Origin: the human T2T-CHM13v2.0 reference genome, Homo sapiens | DNA length: 64,000 bases | Strand: one strand, 5' to 3' | Assembly (NCBI RefSeq): GCF_009914755.1 | Contig: NC_060935.1 | In this document: in pieces, positions 38,297-55,260 of the stretch | Layout of the letters: every line of letters begins with the position of its first letter | How positions within the stretch are numbered: position 1 is the first letter of the stretch | Notes under the pieces: generated by a model | The model's input: the letters and a program-made list of their open reading frames with translations, nothing else | Databases searched by the model: none | Told to the model about the DNA's origin: nothing | Translations under genes and position numbers: made by a program

Positions 38297-38399
38297 TGAC
38301 CTCGTGATCCGCCCACCTCGGCCTCCCAAAGTGCTGGGATTACAAGCATGAGCCACCGCGCCCGGCTGACATTCTATAAATATTTATATCTGGGAAACA

Positions 38400-39250
38400 A
38401 AAGCGGGGAATTGGGGCCAGGTTACAGAGGACATAAACTGTGGCACCAGGGTTGGCACTTGCTTCTCTGTTCACAAGAGCCGTTGGCGGGATTTCCCATT
38501 GTCCCCCTTGGGTAGGTAAGGCCAGGTGGCTGCTCCATCTCTGCCACCTCCAGCGCCGGTCCCACTGTGTCAGCAGCCCTGTCCCCTACTGCTGTGTCAT
38601 CAATTACTCTCAGGTGCCTGGCCCCCACCCAGTGGCCCCCACCTTGCAGCCCCGAAGGCTTCCTTCCTGGGGCAGCAGGGCCGAGTCATTTGGAAACCTC
38701 TCTCGGAGGAGCTCCGTGATCAAGGTGCAGATGCGGCAGGTGGGCCGGCCTCAATCATGTCTCCAATCGCGACGGTGAATGCGGTGAGGAGTTTCGTTGG
38801 CCCATCACCTCTGCCTTGGGCCTGGCTCACTTTCACTGCTGAGTTAGTTCCACGGCCGCCTTTGATGATGCCGCTTCAGCATCTTTTTTCTTCGGCGTTT
38901 CCTGCTCCTTTGTTTTCAAGGTCACTCTGTCCTGCCTGCCCCACTCTGGGCCACCCAAGGCCAAGCCTCTAAGCTCCGCGTTGCTGACCACAGTTCTTCA
39001 CACTAGCCTCACTGCGAGGCTCCGTCCAGACTGAACATGGGGAAGATGAACCTTTCACCATTTGATGTCTTGAGCTTCTCCTCTAGAACAAGCAGGCTAG
39101 CTGCCCTGCTCAGGGCCGGCTCATCTCTTTCTCCCTGGAGGACAGAGCTCTGGGCCCTGAGTCAGAACTAGCTGGGGTTCCTCACTAACTGGGTAGACTT
39201 ACATGATGCATGAGACCTATAGACTCTTACTTAGTTTTCTCAGAAATAAC
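38400..39250. promoter_or_regulatory. CpG-enriched candidate enhancer or promoter
   Basis: Perfect kB site GGGATTTCCC at 38488-38497, three CAGGTG E-boxes, TCF/LEF CCTTTGATG ~38859, AP-1 TGAGTCA ~39158. Confidence 0.5.
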
Positions 39251-39893
39251 ATAGGCCAAGAACGCCTGCTTGCCTGTCTCCACAGGCTGGGATGAGGCCC
39301 TTATGAGACCAAGAATGGGAGAGGGCTTCATAAACTGTAAATTAATCTGGGAGCATTACAGTCATGGTTATTAGTTTACAGAGATTGAGTTCACGTTGTT
39401 ATTTGCTCTCTTAGCACCCTGTTCTTTTTCTTCATAGCACTTTCACATTTTCTAATGATATTATAAGTTATTATTATTACTAAGCACGTAGTTTATGGGT
39501 CTAATGCCTCCCTCCTCACCAGGGTATAAGCTACCGCAGAGTGGAAGCCATGCTTCATTTTGTTTCTCATCACTCTGCCAGCACCTGGTTCAGGGCCTGT
39601 AATGTTGTGGGGGTTTAAGGAATACTAACGATAAACTGGTGAGTTATTTGAGGACCCACGACCATCCTCGCAAGAGACTTTTGTTAGGCCAGTCTGTCTT
39701 GTCCACTGCTGAAGCCTGGCATTTGGTAAGCCATTCATACCTGTTTTTTGGAAGTTGAGATGAATACACCTTAGCCGGGTGTGGTGTCTCACACCTGTTA
39801 TCCCAGCACTTTGGGAGGCCGAGGAGGATGGATCACCTGAGGTCAGGAGTTCGAGACTAGCCTGGCCAACATGGTGAAACCCCATCTCCACTA

Positions 39894-40226
<333 letters not shown>

Positions 40227-40782
40227 TCATCGTGAAGTTCTGTTGCTGAAGTCCCTGCCATGTGTCTCAGTTGCCCCCTCTGCCATCCAAATGCCCAGAC
40301 AGGCTCTCTGGGCCTCTCAGTATCCACCCTCATTGCCTTCTCCCACATCTTCCTCTGCTCCAGTCCAGACAAACTGCTCACCATCCCTTCCCCAAGATGT
40401 GCATTTACCGCCTGCGGACCTCCTTCCCTCAAAGTCCTGCCTGAAGTTCCTTCCTTTTTGACCTCCCTTTAAAAAGCATGAGTGGGCCTGACGCAGAGGT
40501 GCATGCCTGACATCCCCGTGCTTTAGGAGGCTGAGGAAGGAAGTTTAAGGCCAGGAGTTCGAGACCAGCCTGGGCAACATAGCAAGACCTTATCTCTACA
40601 AAAAAAAATTAAAAATTAGCCTGGCATGGTACACACTTATAGTCCCAGCTGCTCAGGAGGCTGAGGTGGAAGGATCGCTTGAGTTCAGGAGTTTGAGACT
40701 ACAGTGAGCGATAATTATGCCACTGCACTCCAGCCTGTGTGACAGAGCAAGACCTTGTCTCTAAAAAAAAAAAAAAAAGCAT

Positions 40783-40783
<1 letters not shown>

Positions 40784-40827
<44 letters not shown>

Positions 40828-40838
40828 AGAGAGAGAGA
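40784..40838 (+). repeat. (TG)n(GA)n microsatellite
   Basis: About 20 TG units followed by GA repeats. Confidence 0.95.
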
Positions 40839-41241
40839 TAGCACTTTGGACCTATGGAGGATTTCTATTTGGAAAGAAAAAGGCTTTTACATACAAGATA
40901 TTATTTAATAGCAAAATTGGCCATGCAGGTATTTTACAATTGTACATATTAGGAAACTAATGCTCAGAGAAGTTATATTTGTAATTTTCAAACTGGGGAT
41001 TGTGACTTATGTGTGGACCCATGAAAGCAGTGTGATTCATTGACCGCTATTAAAAATAGAAAGAGGGTCGGGCATGGTGGCTCACGTCTATAATCTCAAC
41101 ACTTGGTGAGGCCAAGGTGGGAGGATGGCTTAAGCCCAGGAGTTCCAGACCAGCCTAAGCAACATAACAAGACCCCATCTCTACAGTAAATTTAAAAGTT
41201 AGTTTGGTGTGGTGATGCACACCTGTAGTCCCAGCTACTCA

Positions 41242-41346
<105 letters not shown>

Positions 41347-41745
41347 CTACAAAAAAGGGAAGAAAGAAAGAGTGAGAGAAAGAAAGAGGGAACGAAAGGA
41401 AGGAGGAAAGGAGGGAAGGAGGAAGAGTAGAAAATATGAGTATGCTACCCATACTAAGCAGTGTTTACAAAACTTACTGTGTATTTGTGTGTATATGTTC
41501 ATCACACATGTCCAACTAGCTTGTGATATAAAATATATTTCTTCCTATGGGTCATGATCAAAGTGACAGGATTACATGACATGCTGAAAGCTAACTAGTA
41601 GAGCTCATGCATTACTTATTAGAGTAGAGCTGAGACCGACCAGAGAGATAGAGGTGCAACCTGCCAGAGCCCGGGAGGCACCACAGAAATCTCAACGGTG
41701 CCAGGGTGGGGCCCAGGGAGGCCGGTGTTCTGGGAAAACCAACTG

Positions 41746-42271
41746 TTGTGTGCTGGTTGTATGAAGTGCTGTGTTGTTGTGGGTTGTGTGCTGGTTGTAT
41801 GAGGTGCTGTGTTCTTCCTGTTGTGTGTTGTGTGCTGGTTGTATGAGGTGCTGTGTTGTTGTTGTAGGTTGTGTGCCGGTTGTATGAGGTGCTGTGTTGT
41901 TGCTGTGGGTTGTGTGCTGGTTGTATGAGGTGCTGTGTTCTTCCTGTTGTGGGTTGTGTGCTGGTTGTATGAGGTGCTGTGTCGTTGTTTTGGGTTGTGT
42001 GCTGGTTGTATGAAGTGCTGTGTTGTTGTGGGTTGTGTGCTGGTTGTATGAGGTGCTGTGTTCTTCCTGTTGTGTGTTGTGTGCTGGTTGTATGAGGTGC
42101 TGTGTTGTTGTTGTAGGTTGTGTGCCGGTTGTATGAGGTGCTGTGTCGTTGCTGTGGGTTGTGTGCTGGTTGTATGAGGTGCTGTGTTGTTGCTGTGGGT
42201 TGTGTGCTGGTTGTATGAGGTGCTGTGTCATTGTTGTTGATTGTGTGTTGGTTGTATGAGGTGCTGTGTTG
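41746..42271 (+). repeat. Minisatellite/VNTR, 13 units of 38/41/44 bp
   Basis: Core TTGTGTGCTGGTTGTATGAGGTGCTGTG plus a variable (TTG)n-like tail. Confidence 0.95.
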
Positions 42272-42419
42272 CTCTGGAGAGACGTCAACTATGGCACCCT
42301 TTGTGTGGAGGGACTGAAGGCCCTGCTGGGTGGTTGGGAGCTCCAGGTTGGAAAACAAGCTGTGTGGGGACGAGTTTACCAATTGGTATATGGCTGTGTA
42401 CCAGTCCTACGTGGCCTAG

Positions 42420-42590
42420 AGCGGTGGTTCTAGGAGTGTAGTTCTCAGGCCAGCAGCATAGCGTCACCTGGACACTCTTAGAAATGCACATTATCAGGTC
42501 CCACCCCAGACCTCCCGAATCAGACACTCTCGTGGTGGGGCCTGGCAACCTGGAGGTAACAAGCCCTCCTGGTGACTCTGAGGCATAAAG
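42420..42590. mobile_element. MER5A-like DNA transposon
   Basis: gcggtggttct...ccagcagcatagcgtcacctgg...gaatcagacactct...taacaagccctcctggtgactctgag. Confidence 0.7.
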
Positions 42591-43372
42591 TGTGAGGAGC
42601 ACTCCCCTGGGGATGCCTGTTTGGCATTCTGTGTTTGGCGTGTCTTTGCGCAAGCAGGCAGGGTCTGGTCTCAGAGCGGCCTTGCTGGGAAGCAGACATG
42701 CTGGGCCTCCAGTGCAGCGTTTCTTCTGTCACCCACTCAGCCTTACAGCCTACCCAGCGCATGCGCCCACAGCACTTAGGTGCGAAGGAATGCTGCACGT
42801 TTCCCCCATTCCCTGTGCCTTCCACACTGCTGACTCCACCCACACTACCTTAGCAACACGGTAGAGTTTTGCATATTCTTTGAAAATGTGCCCAGTTGCA
42901 TGTGAATATGAGCATGCCAACTTGCATGATGTGTCTGTTTTGCCTTCTCTGTTAGACAAGGTGCTCCTCCATCAGAATCTCGCCTCTGGCTGCCGCAGTA
43001 CTCAGTATACAAACACCTGATCCAAGCACCAGACTCACTCTAACCCTGGCCACACAACCTGCCCCAGGCCGACGTTCCCAAGCTCATTTGTGGCCCCCGT
43101 GACCTTGTGGTAACCTTGATGTGCCTACCCAGCACCTGCAGCCCATTTCCTCCCTGCAGGACTCTACCTGTTTCCTAACGAGAGGGGAGCTGTGCGTGGG
43201 TGCAGGCTGCCGGCAATGACAGCCTTTACCACCCCACTTCCTGTGTTGACTTGTAATGGGGTGTTGGGTCCCTGCTGTCTGAGTGAGCTGTGAACATTCA
43301 TGCTACTTCCCATTACTGTCTGAAGCTTGGTTTCCGCATCTGCAGTGTGGTAATAAAAATACCCAACACTTT

Positions 43373-48673
<5,301 letters not shown>

Positions 48674-49859
48674 ATGATGCATCTGTTGGGGATGCAGTGG
48701 GGTAAGCATCTTCAGTAAGCAAGGTGTGAAGAGGGGAAAGAGGGAAGGTGAATATGGAGGAGAGGGTGAAGGAGGGCACTGGAAAGGGTAGTAGGATCCC
48801 AGCAAAGGGCGATTTGGCTGAAAGGGAGCGTGATAACAAGGGTGGGGGTGGGGCCAAGAAGCAGCCACCATGTGTGGGTGCCTCTGTGCGTGCAGTCATC
48901 TTTCTCACATCATTGTGGATCAAGAGAGGAAATGCCCACTTCTGGAAGAAAAAGCCACAAAATGAGACTTGGAAGGGAAATTGATCAACATCTACAAAAC
49001 GGCTTCTTAAAGGAAGCGGCCCTCAGACAGGACAGAGTTGAGGGAAAGGACAGAGGTTATGAGTGCCTGCAAGAGTGGCAGCCTGGAGTAGAGAAAACAC
49101 TAAAGGTGGAGTCAAAAGACCTGAGTTCAAGTCCCAGCTCTGCCACTGGTTAGCTGTGGGATCTCGGGTAAGTTGCTCTCCCTCTCGGCCTCACGGACCT
49201 CCTGAATAAAAATTGAGGGTTAGACTGGATGATCTCTGAAGCCATCTCTAGCTTGGTAGTTTATGAGGTTAATAATTTATGAGCAAACAAAGTTAATTTA
49301 TAGATAGAACATCATTATTTTTGAGTCAGAAAATGACTCTGTAACTATGTGCTTTTCTTGGTGATTTCACTTTTTTTTTTTCTTTTAGAGACATGGTCTT
49401 GCTATGTTGCCCAGGCTGGTATCCAACTCCTGGCCTCAAGCCATCCTCCTGCCTCGGCCTTCCAAAGTTGATTTCATTTTTGTCTTCCAGTATTGTTTTA
49501 CTGTTGTTCCCTTTGAAAAATTCTAACCTATCTTTTCTGAACTTGAGCTGAGAAGGGAAGGGGTTTTGCCTCTGTTGGGCAAAAGGATGGTGGCAAGTAG
49601 TGTGACCAAGTGCCCTAACTTGCCAGGACTTAGGGGTTTCCCAAGTCAAGGGACTTTTCAGTCCTTGGCAGACTGGAATGGTTGATCACCCTAGTGGTGA
49701 GGAAAATGAAGGTTTGGAGGTGGCTTGGAGGAGAGGTTGCTGGGAGAGCTCTTCTCCTGTTCTCTGTTGATCAGGAGTTTCCCTCATCAACCTGCTGACT
49801 TTGCGTGGTGGTTTCATTACAAGTTGTGAGCCCCTTATTGGGGGTATAGGGAGGAGAAG

Positions 49860-50174
49860 TGAGGGCAGCCTTTAAAATAGTCATAGGCCCCAGTTGAGAC
49901 AATTATTGCCGGGAAAGAAGCTGAAATGCTTGACTAGCACTGATGCTGTGGGGGATTTTCCCTCTTTCTTCAAAAAAACAGAAAAGACCCAGTGGAAAAA
50001 AAAAAAAAAGTGATGAGTTGTGAGGCAGGTCGCGGCCCTACTGCCTCAGGAGACGATGCGCAGCTCATTTGCTTAAATTTGCAGCTGACGGCTGCCACCT
50101 CTCTAGAGGCACCTGGCGGGGAGCCTCTCAACATAAGACAGTGACCAGTCTGGTGACTCACAGCCGGCACAGCC
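49860..50174 (+). promoter_or_regulatory. CXCR5: CXCR5 promoter and 5' UTR
   Basis: AT-rich TATA/MEF2-like TTTAAAATAG 49871-49880; kB GGGATTTTCC 49952-49961; non-canonical octamers ATTTGCTT 50067-50074 and ATTTGCAG 50077-50084; E-box CAGCTG 50082-50087; AP-1 TGACTCA 50154-50160. Consistent with known NF-kB/Oct-2/OBF-1 control of BLR1. Confidence 0.8.
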
Positions 50175-50225
50175 ATGAACTACCCGCTAACGCTGGAAAT
50201 GGACCTCGAGAACCTGGAGGACCTG
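50175..50225 (+). CDS. CXCR5: CXCR5 coding exon 1 (MNYPLTLEMDLENLEDL)
   Basis: GCCATGA Kozak context; 17 codons matching the CXCR5 N-terminus; donor CTG|GTGAGT, phase 0. Confidence 0.97.
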
Positions 50226-51505
50226 GTGAGTAGACACGGGTAGCTTCCTGTCGCCGAGGCCCTGTCTGGAATTCTAACATCCTTTGCCAGAGTCCGAGGG
50301 AGAGGGGACAGTGTGGGAATCCTCTCCCACTGTGGATCTGTAAAATCTAGACAGGTCAGTCAGCTCCCGCCCTTTAAGAGTTTATTTTCCATTCTGTGGA
50401 AGAAGCAGATAAGGAGAGCTGCTGTCCTTAGGAGACATCCTTTAGAGGAAGCTGGAAGACACGGGTTCAGGCCCTGCATCCTCCTCTGAGTTGCTATGTG
50501 ACTGGGAACAGGATACTTCACCTCTCCATTCTTTCTCTCCTTTTCTCTTAGGGTCGGAATATGGAACTAGACAGGAAAGTACTTTGGAGGTTTTCTTACC
50601 GTAAGGAGGCTGGCATTGCTAATCAGTCAATGAATGCATAGCTGTTCGTCTCTGGCCATATGATTATGTCATCAGGGCACTACATTCTGTGTTGGGTGGA
50701 GAAGTTGAGGACCTGGTCTTTGCCCTCAAATAGCTTCTGCTCTGGCCAGAGAAAAAAATCACTCACTGGAAGCTATTAGGCAACAATTATGTGCTAAACT
50801 GAGGGAATGTGAGACCAGATGGTAGCAAGGAAGAGGATCCCAGCAGGCTGGAGTCAGGGAGCAGGGTGAGAAAACTGTTAATCTGACAAATGTCTTGGAA
50901 CCTGTTGTAGAATCTCTAGAGATAAGGTATTCTTGGAAAGGTTTCTTGGGTGGGCTAAGAAAATGGTCTCCAGCACTACGCTGCCACCACTCAAGTCTCT
51001 CCAGTGAAGCGTAGTGGTGCAGTTGACTTGGTTGTCACTGGGCTCCCAGAAGATGTGTGTGTGTGTGGAGCAGCTCAACCAGAGAAACACAGGGTTCCTT
51101 GTGAGCCGACGGCAGAGGCTGGTTGTAAGGGTTTCTTGGAAACTTCTTCACTGTCTTTTCTCCCCCTGGAGAGAGGACTTGTTTCGGGGCTGCACTCTGG
51201 GTTAGATCATGAAGGAGCCAAACCCTGGCTCCTACCAACTCTCCTGTCCCAAACTTACCCTGAGATATTGTCTGACTCCCTCCTGCTCCCCCGGCTGGAG
51301 TGGACTTTGTGGAGTGGACTTTGTAGTTCCACCAACCATGTTCCCAGACTTGCTCAGAGAAGCCCGCCTCTCGCTTGCCCAGATCCCAAGGCTGGGAAGT
51401 GTAAGTAGGACACGGGGAGAAAGTGGGCAGAAGGGCTGACTACCCAAAGCCTGGCCCCTCGGATCCAAACCGTAGGTGGAATCAGAGCCGGACCATTCAT
51501 CTAAC

Positions 51506-51679
51506 CAGGACCTGCTACATAATTTGTGGGACCCAATGCAAAATGAAAACATGGGGCCCCTTGTTGAAAAATTATTATAAATAAGAAGGCAACAGCAGAG
51601 CACTAAACCTCGTGGGGGGTCCTGCTGGGTGCAGGCCCCCGTGTGACTGCCCCAGTTGCAAGCCCATGAAGCTGCCCTG
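51506..51679 (-). mobile_element. MER45A (hAT-Tip100) in CXCR5 intron
   Basis: caggacctgctacataatttgtgggaccc...gcccatgaagctgccctg is the reverse complement of MER45A. Confidence 0.8.
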
Positions 51680-54439
51680 AGTCTAATCACAGAGTCTGGG
51701 CAATACCCCAAATCAGACTAAAAACCCGCGGCCCCAAAGGGGCAATGTGCTCCCACCCTGGCCCCCGGTCACAGCCGCTGGCCTCGCCTGATTAGGTTAC
51801 TGGGCGTCTTCCTCTGCCTGCAGCTTCAAACTGACCACGAGCCCTGACCCAGTTGGACATCTTAGTAACCAACTGGAGACCCGGCGGGTCCCAGCTTCTG
51901 AGAAACCTTAAGAGTTTCCCCTAACTGCACGCCTCACCTCACTGAGTGACCTACTAGGGACAGGTGGGGGCAGGGGGCAGGGGCAGCAGGGCATGTCCCA
52001 AGAAAACCTACATCTGGGGGAAAGGGACCCAGTGACTTTCTTCATGTCACACCTCAAATGAGTGATCCTCAGCCAGGCATTCCAATATCTGGATCCCTCA
52101 CTCAGGGTCTAGCCAGGAGCCCAGGAGTCCTAGGACCATCTGGGCTCTGGAGCTCTTCAGCCAGCCACCAGTGCCTCGTTCCCCCTTCACGAATCTCCTA
52201 CACACCCTGTCTCCAGGGCCAATGTCCCCTCAGAACACAGACCCTCTCCTCCGCCCCCACCCACTCACTGAAGGGCCGTGAGCAGCTTGGCAGACTGTCC
52301 CTCAGTGTCACAGTACAAAAACCTCGGGCGTAGTGGTACAGGCAGGAGAATCTTGCATGTAGCAGCTTCTCAATAAGTATTTATTGATTTGTGATGCAGT
52401 AAAGGTCTTAGCTCACCATTTTCCTCTGGAGTTAGTCTGGGTCCTTCTATTCCTTCTGCTTCCTATTCTCCTCCTTGTCCTTGCCCATACCAGGTATTGG
52501 TTCACATTCCTTGAACGCTGGGTTTTACACTCTCATGTTGAGCTAAGAACTGGGGCCTTTTGGTTACACAAACTTGCCAGAAAAAAAAAAAAAAAAAGGA
52601 ACTGGGGGCTCCTGGCCATAAGCCAGGTTCGTCATTCTGTATTCCATTTGTCCTCTTGAACTCGAAGACCAACTCGAGCCGCTTAAAATGTCCACTTCTT
52701 TAAGGCAGGGGCTGGGGGGTGGGGAGGGGCTGCTAATTCTCATCAATGAAAGGTCCAAATAGAACAAAAATTAGATGGCTAAGAACCAGGAACAAGAAGA
52801 TTCCAGGTCCTGGGGTGGGTATGCCAGGGACCCATCCTGCTGGAAAGGCCGATCCTGGCAGACCTAGAGCAGACCCTGTCTATGCGACCCTCGATCTGAG
52901 AGCCTCCTTCCAACAGAACCAGGGCCTGGGCTGGGGCATCCACAGAGGCTGGTCATAAACTATACCTCCAGCCCCACCCTGCACACCAGCCGGGAGGGGA
53001 AGCTGCTATAGCGCACGGTGAAGCTGGTCCAAGCCCCAGAGCCTGGCTTTCTATGACCCCTCTCCATAGACAATTACCACACATCATGACTTCAGTGTGA
53101 CCAGAGCATCACAGGCGACACAGCCCGTCCACGTGGACCATCTCATTTCATCATGTAGGTGTGAAGAAGAGGAACCAAAACCAGCTCAGGCTGTTTCTGG
53201 GCTTCATCTAGGGGAAAGGGAGGTTCTCCACCCGCCCCCCGCAACCAGGTCAAAAGTCCCAGAGGAACCCCAGCAGAGGAGGCCCAACTGGGGTGTAGTT
53301 GGAAGGGTCAGAGATGAGGGAGAGCCCCAAGGCCAAGCTGAGGATGGGTCAGGGTCAAAGTGAATATGGGTTCGGGCATACAAACTGCAGAGTCTCCGTC
53401 AGGAACTCTTGCTTTCCCCAGGGACGCAGGCTGCAGCTGATCCCACTCCTCTAGCAGAACGGCAGAAACAGTGGCCGCATATGTGGACCTAAGAATCAGG
53501 ACACAAGAATGAGCATTCTTTCAAGAGTGGTGGGGAAAAATATTTCCAACCCAGGAGATGGTTTCAAGAGGCTGCCACACACACCTGGGAGGCCTGTCTG
53601 CCTGCATCTTGGATTGTGTGACTCTGTATCCAAAGGGCAAAGAGACGCTGGGGTGCCAGGTGGGGCTCCCTTAAGCCTAAAGACTTGCTGCAGAGGCTTG
53701 GAGTAGCTTAAACTCTCCCCCTAACACCACATCCAGCACAGTACCTGCTTCTGATGGCCAAAACCCGTGGGTAGAGATGAAAGAGGAGTCTCACAGACTT
53801 GTCCCTGAAGGCTGTGGGTGCGGCAAGGGAGATGTGACAAATGGCAAGCCAGAGTCTCAGATGGTCTTTAGGGGCTGTGGGCCTCCTGAAGAAAGACGGG
53901 GTAAGGGGTACAGACCTACACCCTCACCCACAGCCCAGTCTCATTTCTCCAGACCCCTGCACCCCTTAAGCCACTGAAGGCTGGAATGACAGATACCCTG
54001 GCCAGCCCCACTCACAGCTCCTGACTCTCGGCTGGGAATATCCACACAGGGACATAAAAGGATATGGAGCTTGTGTGCTCCCCCCTGGCCAGAGCAATGA
54101 CTGGCGTCTGTGTGCAGACACCTCCCGCGGCCAGCATGACTCAGGCCTTGGAGTCCTGGGGTTCGGCCTGAGTAAGCCACGCATGCAGGCAGCCCTGCCC
54201 CCTCCTTGGGGCTGAGAAGCAAGGTCAGGCTGGGGCATTCACTGGCGGCAGAATGGACTAGAAATACCAAGTCTCCGGCTACTGAGCTAGACGGAGATCA
54301 TGCTGAGAACCAGCTCAGCCCCAGGCAGGGCAGGACAGACAGAGAATCTGGGAGTGGGAGCGAGGGGCATTTGAAGGCAGAGTCCAGCCTCCTTCTTCCC
54401 AGGGCAGGAATCTCTTCCCACACACTTGGGCTCAAACGT

Positions 54440-55260
54440 TCCTCTCCTTCCTAAAGGTACCATCTCATTGCTGGACAGTTCTGTCTGTTAGAAAGTTCTC
54501 CCTCCTTTGACTGAAACGCTACCCCCTCAGCTTCTGCCCAGTCCTTCTAGACTGCCCCCTGGAAGCTCATAGCAAGAGTCCATTGCTGCCCTCTTGCCCA
54601 TGGAGCTTCTTTCCAAGCCTTGACATCAGCCCTCAGGGACTCAAGTCTTCTCTGTCCCAGACACTACACCCCTAGTACCTGAAAATTTCCTCTATGGGCA
54701 GGGTTTTCCAAGCCCCTCAACAAAGTGGTCATCCTTGTCCAGACCAACCAAACTGGGCTGGTGTCAGCTGCCCACTTACAAGCCTCTGTTCACCTAGATG
54801 AAGGTAACAGTGGCCCTTCGGCTGGCCACGTCACTCCCGTGACTCATCTTAAGCTTGTAGGTGACAAACTCCCAAGTCTTTCTGACGAACTGTTGTTACC
54901 TGGTCCTCCCTAACTTATCCCTGGACGGGTAATGTTTTAAACCTGAGTCCTGGCTTGTATATTTTTCCCCATGCAATTTCATCTGGTTAGGTTGGACCCA
55001 TGGTTCCAGCTTGTAAAGAACTCTGTGTTGCCTGAGAGTGCCCCCAAAGCTGGGCTGAGAGTGCTGAAGAGGAGGGGACCCAGGATAGATCCCTGAGGCA
55101 TGCTAGGCACCCCTGCCCAATGCACCTGCTGACAGAGAATCCCCATTAGCAAATGTGAGCTGAGCTCCATGCTGGCCAGTGCTGGGCAGTGGGGCAGCCT
55201 CATTATTTGGAGAAGTCAGGTGGGGCTTGGAGACTTAATTATCCAGGGAGGAGCCTGCAT
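54440..55260 (-). mobile_element. L3/CR1 fragments
   Basis: Minus-strand translation contains PQGSILGPLLF, a CR1/L2 RT motif. Confidence 0.65.

Noticed and set aside
41746-42271. Resemblance of the VNTR to let-7 miRNAs (TGAGGT...GTAGGTTGTGTG) or to a CRISPR array
   Set aside because: The seed differs (GAGGTGC vs GAGGTAG), there is no hairpin partner and no unique spacers, and the DNA is human.
41612-42382. 256-aa and 198-aa Thr/His/Gln-rich minus-strand ORFs
   Set aside because: They are translations of the minisatellite, whose CA-rich strand lacks stop codons.
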